This document shows positions 53,640-64,000 of a stretch of DNA of 64,000 nt, piece after piece. The notes beneath the pieces were generated by a model that was not told the origin of the DNA, did not search any database, and saw only the letters and a list, made by a program, of their open reading frames with translations. Numbering within the stretch: position 1 is the stretch's first letter; each line of letters begins with the position of its first letter. The position numbers were made by a program, and so were the translations under genes. The stretch spans positions 5,642,001 to 5,706,000 of the forward strand of contig OZ024741.1 of assembly GCA_964016885.1 (NCBI GenBank). The letters run 5' to 3'. The stretch is from Eledone cirrhosa. Taxonomy: Eukaryota.

Positions 53640-56600
53640 CCCTGGTGAGAGAGGGGTTCTATTGATATCAGGGCTGTCTCTACCCTGGTGAGAGAGGGGC
53701 TCTGTTGATGTCAGGGCTGTCTCTACCCTGATGAGAGAGAGGGGCTCTGCTGATATCAGGGCTCTCTCTACCCTGATGAGACAGAGAGGGGCTCTGTTGA
53801 TGTCAGGGTTGTCTCTACTCTCATGAGAGAGGGGCTCTGTTGATGTCAGGGCTGTCTCTACCCTGGTGAGAGAGGGGCTCTGTTGATGTCAGGGCTGTTT
53901 CTACCCTGGTGAGAGAGAGGGCTCTATTGATGTCAGGCCTGTCTCTACCCAGGTGAGAGGGAGGGGCTCTGTTGATGTCAGGGCTGTCTCTACCCTGGTG
54001 AGAGTGGGGCTCTGTTGATACCAGGGCTGTCTCTACCCTGGTGAGGAAGAGGCTCTGTTGATATCAGCGCTGTCTCTACCCCGGTGAGAGTGGGGCTCTG
54101 TTGATGTCAGGGCTGTCTCTACCCTGATGAGAGAGAGGCTCTGTTGATATCAGCGCTGTCTCTACCCTGATGAGAGAGAGGCTCTGTTGATATCAGGGCT
54201 GTCTCTACTCTGGTGAGAGAGGGGCTATGTTGATGTCGGGGCTGTCTCTACCCTGGTGAGAAAGAGGCTCTATTGATGTCAGGGCTGTCTCTACCCTGGT
54301 GACAGAGGGGCTCTGTTGATGTCAGGGCTGTCTCTATGCTGGTGAGAGAGACGGGCTCTGTTGATGTCAGGGCTTTCTCTACCCTGATGAGAGAGGGGCT
54401 CTGTTGATGTCAGGGCTGTCTCTACCCTGGTGAGAGACGGGCTATATTGATGTCAGCGCTGTCTCTATGCTGGTGAGAGAGAGGCTCTGTTGATGTCAGG
54501 GCTGTCTCTACTCTGATGAGAGAGAGGGGCTCTGTTGATGTCAGCGCTGTCTCTACTCTGATGAGAGAGGGGCTCTGTTGATGTCAGCGCTGTCTCTACT
54601 CTGATGAGAGAGAGGCTCTGTTGATATCAGCGCTGTCTCTACTCTGATGAGAGAGGGGCTCTGTTGATGTCAGGGCTGTCTCTACCCTGGTGAGAGAGAG
54701 AGGGGCTCTGTTGATGTCAGGGCTGTCTCTACCCTGGTGAGAGACGGGCTATATTGATGTCAGGGCTGTCTCTATGCTGGTGAGAGAGGGGCTCTGTTGA
54801 TGTCAGGGCTGTCTCTACTCTGATGAGAGAGGGGCTCTGTTGATGTCAGGGCTGTCTCTACTCTGATGAGAGAGAGGGGCTCTGTTGATGTCAGGGTTGT
54901 CTCTACCCTGGAGAGAGAGGGGCTCTGTTGATGTCAGGGCTGTCTCTACTCTGATGAGAGAGAGGGGCTCTGTTGATGTCAGGGCTGTCTCTACCCTGGA
55001 GAGAGAGGGGCTCTGTTGATGTCAGGGCTGTCTCTACTCTGATGAGAGAGAGGGGCTCTGTTGATGTCAGGGCTGTCTCTACCCTGGAGAGAGAGGGGCT
55101 CTGTTGATGTCAGGGCTGTCTCTACTCTGATGAGAGAGAGGGGCTCTGTTGATGTCAGCGCTGTCTCTACTCTGATGAGAGAGGGGCTCTGTTGATGTCA
55201 GCGCTGTCTCTACTCTGATGAGAGAGAGGCTCTGTTGATATCAGCGCTGTCTCTACTCTGATGAGAGAGGGGCTCTGTTGATGTCAGTGCTGTCTCTACC
55301 CTGGTGAGAGAGAGAGGGGCTCTGTTGATGTCAGGGCTGTCTCTACCCTGGTGAGAGACGGGCTATATTGATGTCAGGGCTGTCTCTATGCTGGTGAGAG
55401 AGGGGCTCTGTTGATGTCAGGGCTGTCTCTACTCTGATGAGAGAGAGGGGCTCTGTTGATGTCAGGGTTGTCTCTACCCTGATCAGAGAGGGGCTCTGTT
55501 GATGTCAGTGCTGTCTCTACCCTGGTGAGAGAGACAGGCTCTGTTGATGTCAGGGCTGTCTCTACCCTGGTGAGAGAGGGCTCAGGTTATGTCAGGGCTG
55601 TCTCTACCCTGGTGAGAGAGAGGGGCTCTGTTGATGTCAGGGCTGTCTCTACCCTGGTGAGAGAGAGGGGCTCTGTTGATGTCAGGGCTGTCTCTACCCT
55701 GGTGAGAGAGGGGCTCTGTTGAAGTCAGGGCTGTCTCTACCCTGGTGAGAGAGGGCTCAGGTTATGTCAGGGCTGTCTCAACCCTGGTGAGAGAGAGGGG
55801 CTCTGTTGATGTCAGGGCTGTCTCTACCCTGGTTAGAGAGACAGGCTCTGTTGATGTCAGGGCTGTCTCTACCCTGGTGAGAGAGGGGCTCTGTTGATGT
55901 CAGGGCTGTCTCTACTCTGATGAGAGAGGGGCTCTGTTGATGTCAGGGCTGTCTCTACCCTTATGAGAGAGGGGCTCTTTTGATGTCAGGGCTGTCTCTA
56001 CCCTGGTTAGAGAGACAGGCTCTGTTGAAGTCAGGGCTGTCTCTACCCTGGTGAGAGAGGGGCTCTGTTGATGTCAGGGCTGTCTCTACTCTGATGAGAG
56101 AGGGGCTCTGTTGATGTCAGGGCTGTCTCTACCCTTATGAGAGAGGGGCTCTTTTGATGTCAGGGCTGTCTCTACCCTGGTTAGAGAGACAGGCTCTGTT
56201 GAAGTCAGGGCTGTCTCTACCCTGGTGAGAGAGGGGCTCTGTTGATGTCAGGGCTGTCTCTACCCTTATGAGAGAGTGGCTCTGTTGATGTCAGGGCTGT
56301 CTCTACCCTGATGAGAGAGGGGCTCTGTTGATGTCAGGGCTGTCTCTACCCTTATGAGAGAGTGGCTCTGTTGATGTCAGGGCTGTCTCTACCCTGTTGA
56401 GAGAGAGGGGCACTGTTGATGTCAGGGCTGTCTCTACCCTGGTGAGAGAGGGGCTCAGTTGATGTCAGGGCTGTCTCTATTCTGGTGAGGGAGGGGCTCT
56501 GTTGATGACAGGGATGTCTCTACCCTGGTGAGAGAGGGGCTCAGTTGATGTCAGGGCTGTCTCTACCCTGGTGAGAGAGGGGCTCTGTTGATGTCAGGGC

Positions 56601-59600
56601 TGTCTCTATTCTGGTGAGGGAGGGGCTCTGTTGATGACAGGGATGTCTCTACCCTGGTGAGAGAGGGGCTCTGTTGATGTCAGGGCTGTCTCTATTCTGG
56701 TGAGGGAGGGGCTCTGTTGATGACAGGGATGTCTCTACCCTGGTGAGAGAGGGGCTCTGTTGATGTCAGGGATGTCTCTACCCTGGTGAGAGAGGGGCTC
56801 TGTTGATGTCAGGGCTGTCTCTATTCTGGTGAGGGAGGGGCTCTGTTGATGTCAGGGCTGTCTCTATTCTGGTGAGGGAGGGGCTCTTTTGATGTCAGGG
56901 CTGTCTCTACTCTGATGAGAGAGGGGCTCAGTTGATGTCAGGGCTGTCTCTACCCTGGTGAGAGAGGGGCTCTTTTGATGTCAGGGCTGTCTCTACTCTG
57001 ATGAGAGAGGGGCTCAGTTGATGTCAGGGCTGTCTCTACCCTGATGAGAGACGGGCTCTGTTGATGTCTGGGCTGTCTCTACCCTGGAGAGAGAGGGGTT
57101 CTATTGATATCAGGGCTGTCTCTATCCTGATGAGAGAGAGAGGGGCTCTGTTGATGTCAGGGCTGTCTCTACCCTGGTGAGAGAGGGGCTCTGTTGACGT
57201 CAGGGCTGTCTCTACCCTGGTGAGAGAGGGGCTCTGTTGATGTCAGGGCTGTCTCTACCCTGGAGAGAGAGGGGTTCTATTGATATCAGGGCTGTCTCTA
57301 TCCTGATGAGAGAGAGAGGGGCTCTGTTGATGTCAGGGCTGTCTCTACCCTGGTGAGAGAGGGGCTCTGTTGATGTCAGGGCTGTCTCTATCCTGATGAG
57401 AGAGAGAGGGGCTCTGTTGATGTCAGGGCTGTCTCTACCCTGGAGAGAGAGGGGTTCTATTGATATCAGGGCTGTCTCTATCCTGATGAGAGAGAGAGGG
57501 GCTCTGTTGATGTCAGGGCTGTCTCTACCCTGGTGAGAGAGAGGCTCTGTTGATGTCAGGGCTGTCTCTACCCTGGTGAGAGAGGGCCTCTGTTGATGTC
57601 AGGGCTGTCTCTACCCTGGTGAGAGAGGGGCTCTGTTGATGTCAGGGCTGTGTCTACCCTGGTGAGAGAGGGGCTCTGTTGACGTCAGGGCTGTCTCTAC
57701 CCTGATGAGAGAGGGGCTCTGTTGATGTCAGTGCTGTCTCTACTCTGATGAGAGAGGGGCTCTGCTGATATCAGGGCTCTCTCTACCCTGATGAGAGAGA
57801 GAGGGGCTCTGTTGATGTCAGGGTTGTCTCTACCCTGATGAGAGAGGGGCTCTGTTGATGTCAGTGCTGTCTCTACCCTGGTGAGAGAGGGGCTCTGTTG
57901 ATGTCAGTGCTGTCTCTACTCTGATGAGAGAGGGGCTCTGCTGATATCAGGGCTCTCTCTACCCTGATGAGAGAGAGAGGGGCTCTGTTGATGTCAGGGT
58001 TGTCTCTACCCTGATGAGAGAGGGGCTCTGTTGATGTCAGTGCTGTCTCTACCCTGGTGAGAGAGGGGCTCTGTTGACGTCAGGGCTGTCTCTACCCTGG
58101 TGAGAGATGGGCTCTGTTGATGTCAGGGCTGTATCTACCCTGATGAGAGAGGGGCTCTGTTGATGTCAGGGCTGTCTCTACTCTGATGAGAGAGGGGCTC
58201 TGTTGATGTCAGGGCTGTCTCTACCCTGGTGAGAGAGGGGCTCTGTTGACGTCAGGGCTGTCTCTACCCTGGTGAGAGATGGGCTCTGTTGACGTCAGGG
58301 CTGTCTCTACCCTGGTGAGAGAGGGGCTCTGTTGACGTCAGGGCTGTCTCTACCCTGGTGAGAGAGGGGCTCTGTTGATGTCAGGGCTGTCTCTACCCTG
58401 GTGAGAGAGGGGCTCTGTTGACGTCAGGGCTGTCTCTACCCTGGTGAGAGATGGGCTCTGTTGACGTCAGGGCTGTATCTACCCTGATGAGAGAGGGGCT
58501 CTGTTGATGTCAGGGCTGTCTCTATCCTGGTGAGAGAGAGGCTCTGTTGATGTCAGGGCTGTCTCTACCCTGGTGAGAGAGAGAGGGCCTCTGTTGATGT
58601 CAGGGCTGTCTCTACCCTGGTGAGAGAGGGGCTCTGTTGATGTCAGGGCTGTCTCTACCCTGGTGAGAGAGAGGCTCTGTTGATGTCAGGGCTGTCTCTA
58701 TCCTGATGAGAGAGAGAGGGGCTCTGTTGATGTCAGGGCTGTCTCTACCCTGGTGAGAGAGAGAGGGCCTCTGTTGATGTCAGGGCTGTCTCTACCCTGG
58801 TGAGAGAGGGGCTCTGTTGATGTCAGGGCTGTCTCTATCCTGATGAGAGAGAGAGGGCCTCTGTTGATGTCAGGGCTGTCTCTACCCTGGTGAGAGGGGG
58901 GCTCTGTTGACGTCAGGGCTGTCTCTACCCTGGTGAGAGAGGGGCTCTGTTGACGTCAGGGCTGTCTCTACCCTGGTGAGAGAGGGGCTCTGTTGATGTC
59001 AGGGCTGTCTCTACCCTGATGAGAGAGAGGGGCTCTGCTGATATCAGGGCTCTCTCTACCCTGATGAGAGAGAGAGGGGCTCTGTTGATGTCAGGGTTGT
59101 CCCTACCCTGATGAGAGAGGGGCTCTGTTGATGTCAGGGCTGTCTCTACCCTGGTGAGAGAGGGGCTCTGTTGACGTCAGGGCTGTCTCTACCCTGGTGA
59201 GAGAGGGGCTCTGTTGATGTCAGGGCTGTCTCTACCTTGATGAGAGAGAGGGGCTCTGTTGATGTCAGGGCTGTCTCTACTCTGATGAGAGAGGGGCTCT
59301 GTTGATGTCAGGGCTGTCTCTACCCTGATGAGAGAGAGGGGCTCTGTTGATGTCAGGGTTGTCTCTACCCTGATCAGAGAGGGGCTCTGTTGATGTCAGT
59401 GCTGTCTCTACCCTGGTGCGAGAGGGGCTCAGTTGATGTCAGGGCTGTCTCTACCCTGGTGAGAGAGGGGCTCTTTTGATGTCAGGGCTGTCTCTACCCT
59501 GGTGAGAGAGGGGCTCTGTTGATGTCAGGGCTGTTTCTACCCTGGTGAGAGAGGGGCTCTTTTGATGTCAGAGCTGTCTCTACCCTGGTGAGAGAGGGGC

Positions 59601-60720
59601 TCAGTTGATGTCAGGGCTGTCTCTACCCTGGTGAGAGAGTGGCTCTGTTGATGTCAGGGCTGTCTCTACCCTGATGAGAGAGGGGCTCTGTTGATGTCAG
59701 GGCTGTCTCTACCCTGGTGAGAGAGACGGGCTCTGTTGATATCAGGGCTGTCTCTACCCTGTTGAGAGAGAGGGGCACTATTGATGTCAGGGCTGTCTCT
59801 ACCCTGGTGAGAGAGGGGCTCTGTTGATGTCAGGACTGTCTCTACCCTGGTGAGAGAGACGGGCTCTGTTGATATCAGGGCTGTCTCTACCCTGTTGAGA
59901 GAGAGGGGCACTATTGATGTCAGGGCTGTCTCTACCCTGATGAGAGAGGGGCTCTGTTGATGTCAGGGCTGTCTCTACCCTGGTGAGAGAGGGGTTCTAT
60001 TGATATCAGGGCTGTCTCTACCCTGGTGAGAGAGGGGCTCTGTTGATGTCAGGGCTGTCTCTACCCTGATGAGAGAGAGGGGCTCTGCTTATATCAGGGC
60101 TCTCTCTACCCTGATGAGAGAGAGAGGGGCTCTGTTGATGTCAGGGTTGTCTCTACTCTCATGAGAGAGGGGCTCTGTTGATGTCAGGGCTGTCTCTACC
60201 CTGGTGAGAGAGGGGCTCTGTTGATGTCAGGGCTGTTTCTACCCTGGTGAGAGAGAGGGCTCAATTGATGTCAGGCCTGTCTCTACCCTGATGAGAGAGA
60301 GGCTCTGTTGATATCAGCGCTGTCTCTACCCCGGTGAGAGTGGGGCTCTGTTGATGTCAGGGCTGTCTCTACCCTGATGAGAGAGAGGCTCTGTTGATAT
60401 CAGCGCTGTCTCTACCCTGATGAGAGAGAGGCTCTGTTGATATCAGGGCTGTCTCTACCCAGGTGAGAGAGGGGCTCTGTTGATGTCAGGGCTGTCTCTA
60501 CTCTGGTGAGAGAGGGGCTATGTTGATGTCGGGGCTGTCTCTACCCTGGTGAGAAAGAGGCTCTATTGATGTCAGGGCTGTCTCTACCCTGGTGACAGAG
60601 GGGCTCTGTTGATGTCAGGGCTGTCTCTATGCTGGTGAGAGAGACGGGCTCTGTTGATGTCAGGGCTTTCTCTACCCTGATGAGAGAGGGGCTCTGTTGA
60701 TGTCAGGGCTGTCTCTACCC
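53640..60720. repeat. Non-adjacent duplicated block in array B (~53640-54420 and ~59990-60720)
   Basis: The same ordered series of rare variants appears in both: TCAGGCCTG, CCCCGGTGAGAGTGGGG (CCGG at 54081/60331), GATGTCGGGG, GAGAAAGAGG (AAA at 54261/60554), GGTGACAGAG, GGGCTTTCTC. Offsets are 6250 then 6293, i.e. one extra 43-bp unit. Confidence 0.88.
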
Positions 60721-63700
60721 TGGTGAGAGAGGGGCTCTGTTGATGTCAGGGCTGTCTCTACCCTGGTGAGAGAGAGGGGCTCTGTTGATGTCAGGGCTGT
60801 CTCTACCCTGTTGAGAGAGAGGGGCTCTGTTGATGTCAGGGCTGTCTCTACCCTGATGAGAGAGTGGCTCTGTTGATGTCAGGTCTGTCTCTACCCTGGT
60901 GAGAGAGAGGGGCTCTGTTGATGTCAGGGCTGTCTCTACCCTGGTGAGAGAGGGGCTCTGTTGATGTCAGGGCTGTCTCTACCCTGGTGAGAGAGAGGCA
61001 CTGTTGATGTCAGGGCTGTCTCTACCCTGGTGAGAGAGAGGGGCACTGTTGATGTCAGGGCTGTCTCTACTCTGATGAGAGAGAGGGGCACTGTTGATGT
61101 CAGGGCTGTCTCTACCCTGGTGAGAGAGGGGCTCTGTTGATGTCAGGACTGTCTCTACCCTGGTGAGAGAGACGGGCTCTGTTGATATCAGGGCTGTCTC
61201 TACCCTGGTGAGAGAGGGGCTCAGTTGATGTCAGGGCTGTCTCTACCCTGGTGAGAGAGGGGCTCTGTTGATGTCAGGGCTGTCTCTACCCTGGTGAGAG
61301 AGGGGCTCTGTTGATGTCAGGGCTGTCTCTACCCTGGTGAGAGAGGGGCTCTGTTGATGTCAGGGCTGTCTCTATTCTGGTGAGGGAGGGGCTCTGTTGA
61401 TGACAGGGATGTCTCTACCCTGGTGAGAGAGGGGCTCAGTTGATGTCAGGGCTGTCTCTACCCTGGTGAGAGAGGGGCTCTTTTGATGTCAGGGCTGTCT
61501 CTACCCTGGTGAGAGAGGGGCTCAGTTGATGTCAGGGCTGTCTCTACCCTGATGAGAGAGGGGCTATGTTGATGTCAGGGCTGTCTCTACCCAGGTGAGA
61601 GAGGGGCTCAGTTGATGTCAGGGCTGTCTCTACCCTGATGAGAGAGGGGCTATGTTGATGTCAGGGCTGTCTCTACCCAGGTGAGAGAGGGGCTCAGTTG
61701 ATGTCAGGGCTGTCTCTACCCTGATGAGAGAGGGGCTATGTTGATGTCAGGGCTGTCTCTACCCAGGTGAGAGAGGGGCTATGTTGATGTCAGGGCTGTC
61801 TCTACCCAGGTGAGAGAGGGGCTCTGTTGATGTCAGGGCTGTCTCTACCCTGATGAGAGAGGGGCTCTGTTGATGTCAGGGCTGTCTCTACCCTGGTGAG
61901 AGAGAGGCTCTGTTGATGTCAGGGCTGTCTCTACCCAGGTGAGAGAGGGGCTCTGTTGATGTCAGGGCTGTCTCTACCCTGGTGAGAGAGGGGCTCTGTT
62001 GATGTCAGGGTTGTCTCTACCCTGGAGAGAGAGGGGTTCTATTGATATCAGGGCTGTCTCTATCCTGATGAGAGAGAGAGGGGCTCTGTTGATGTCAGGG
62101 CTGTCTCTACCCTGGTGAGAGAGGGGCTCTGTTGATGTCAGGGCTGTCTCTATCCTGTTGAGAGAGAGGGGCTCTGTTGATGTCAGGGCTGTCTCTACCC
62201 TGTTGAGAGAGAGGGGCTCTGTTGATGTCTGGGCTGTCTCTACCCTGGAGAGAGAGGGGCTCTGTTGATGTCAGGGCTGTCTCTACCCTGGAGAGAGAGG
62301 GGCTCTGTTGATGTCAGGGCTGTCTCTACCCTGTTGAGAGAGAGGGGCTCTGTTAATGTCAGGGCTGTCTCTACCCTGTTGAGAGAGAGGGGCTCTGTTG
62401 ATGTCTGGGCTGTCTCTACCCTGGAGAGAGAGGGGCTCTGTTGATGTCAGGGCTGTCTCTATCCTGATGAGAGAGAGAGGGGCTCTGTTGATGTCAGGGC
62501 TGTCTCTACCCTGGTGAGAGAGGGGCTCTGTTGATGTCAGGGCTGTCTCTACCCTGTTGAGAGAGAGGGGCTCTGTTGATGTCAGGGCTGTCTCTACCCT
62601 GTTGAGAGAGAGGGGCTCTGTTGATGTCTGGGCTGTCTCTACCCTGGAGAGAGAGGGGCTCTGTTGATGTCAGGGCTGTCTCTATCCTGATGAGAGAGAG
62701 AGGGGCTCTGTTGATGTCAGGGCTGTCTCTACCCTGGAGAGAGAGGGGTTCTATTGATATCAGGGCTGTCTCTATCCTGATGAGAGAGGGGCTCTGTTGA
62801 TGTCAGGGCTGTCTCTACCCTGGTGAGAGAGGGGCTCTGTTGATGTCAGGGCTGTCTCTATCCTGATGAGAGAGAGAGGGGCTCTGTTGATGTCAGGGCT
62901 GTCTCTACCCTGGTGAGAGAGGGGCTCTGTTGATGTCAGGGCTGTCTCTATCCTGATGAGAGAGAGAGGGGCTCTGTTGATGTCAGGGCTGTCTCTACCC
63001 TGGTGAGAGAGGGGCTCTGTTGATGTCAGGGCTGTCTCTACCCTGATGAGAGATGGGCTCTGTTGATGTCAGGGTTGTCTCTACCCTGATGAGAGAGGGG
63101 CTCTGTTGATGTCAGGGCTGTCTCTACCCTGATGAGAGATGGGCTCTGTTGATGTCAGGGTTGTCTCTACCCTGATGAGAGAGGGGCTCTGTTGATGTCA
63201 GGGCTGTCTCTACCCTGATGAGAGATGGGCTCTGTTGATGTCAGGGCTGTCTCTACCCTGATGAGAGATGGGCTCTGTTGATGTCAGGGCTGTCTCTACC
63301 CTGATGAGAGATGGGCTCTGTTGATGTCAGGGCTGTCTCTATCCTGATGAGAGAGAGAGGGGCTCTGTTGATGTCAGGGCTGTCTCTACCCTGATGAGAG
63401 ATGGGCTCTTTTGATGTCAGGGCTGTCTCTACCCTGGTGAGAGAGGGGCTCTGTTGATGTCAGGGCTGTCTCTATCCTGATGAGAGAGAGAGGGGCTCTG
63501 TTGATGTCAGGGCTGTCTCTACCCTGATGAGAGATGGGCTCTTTTGATGTCAGGGCTGTCTCTACCCTGGTGAGAGAGGGGCTCTTTTGATGTCAGGGCT
63601 GTTTCTACCCTGGTGAGAGAGGGGCTATGTTGATGTCAGTGCTGTCTCTACTCTGATGAGAGAGGGGCTCTGTTGATGTCAGGGCTGTCTCTACCCTGGT

Positions 63701-64000
63701 GAGAGAGGGGCTCTTTTGATGTCAGGTCTGTCTCTACCCTGGTGAGAGAGGGGCTCTTTTGATGTCAGGGCTGTTTCTACCCTGGTGAGAGAGGGGCTAT
63801 GTTGATGTCAGGGCTGTCTCTACCCTGGAGAGAGAGGGGTTCTATTGATATCAGGGCTGTCTCTATGATGATGAGAGAGAGAGGGGCTCTGTTGATGTCA
63901 GAGCTGTCTCTACCCTGGTGAGAGAGGGGCTCTGTTGACGTCAGGGCTGTCTCTACCCTGGTGAGAGAGGGGCTCTGTTGATGTCAGGGCTGTCTCTACC

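Larger units (their letters stand above)
45457..64000. repeat. Satellite/minisatellite array B: 43-bp monomer CTCTGTTGATGTCAGGGCTGTCTCTACCCTG(G/A)TGAGAGAGGGG with 45- and 47-bp variants from an internal (GA)n tract, about 420 units, truncated by the window end
   Basis: The unit is read directly and continues in one orientation from AGACTCTGTTGATG at 45457 to the end. Consensus GC is about 58% (25/43). Copy number is estimated by length division. Confidence 0.99.

Noticed and set aside
54500-55270. Apparent covariation in the B stem (CAGCG together with CTCTG)
   Set aside because: The two changes give a C-T mismatch, not a restored pair. Co-occurrence is explained by local duplication.
55525-55722. 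65-aa ORF with RAVSTLVRE repeats
   Set aside because: A chance run of 42/45-bp monomers keeps the frame. It is pure repeat translation.
55575-55770. CAGGTTAT inside array B resembling array A sequence
   Set aside because: Only about 8 bp, reachable by a couple of point changes from CTCAGTTGAT. Too short to claim sequence exchange between the arrays.
59666-59911. 81-aa minus-strand ORF
   Set aside because: Translation of array B monomers on the reverse strand with no independent coding evidence.
1-64000. CRISPR array (23-47 bp partly palindromic repeats)
   Set aside because: Units are directly head-to-tail with no unique spacers, no leader and no cas genes.
45457-64000. G-quadruplex potential from GGG/GGGG runs
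   Set aside because: There are only two G-runs per 43 bp, with loops of about 14 and 22 nt, and the GGG is complementary to the nearby CCC. This is not a canonical G4 pattern.

Overview
The whole window is tandem-repeat (satellite/minisatellite) DNA. I find no credible protein-coding gene, RNA gene, transposon or CRISPR array. Two unrelated arrays abut with no spacer at 45456/45457. Array A (1-45456, runs off the left edge) mixes a 23-bp monomer CCACTTGAGGTTATTACAGTGGT with a 26-bp monomer carrying one extra GAG, roughly 1,850 units by length division. Each A unit has an 11-bp odd palindrome AGTGG-T-CCACT. Array B (45457-64000, runs off the right edge) is a 43-bp monomer CTCTGTTGATGTCAGGGCTGTCTCTACCCTG(G/A)TGAGAGAGGGG with 45/47-bp (GA)n variants, roughly 420 units. 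Rare variant monomers work as a barcode and show A's history: an old irregular ~4-5 kb higher-order cycle, a 3,053-bp tandem duplication, a ~10.9-kb tandem duplication, and a younger 4,589-bp duplication that copied the junction of the 10.9-kb event. All listed ORFs are explained by repeat arithmetic. Both consensus units lack CpG, which fits a methylated eukaryotic genome, but I cannot name the organism or the repeat families. The interesting content is repeat architecture and evolution. Any functional role is a hypothesis only.
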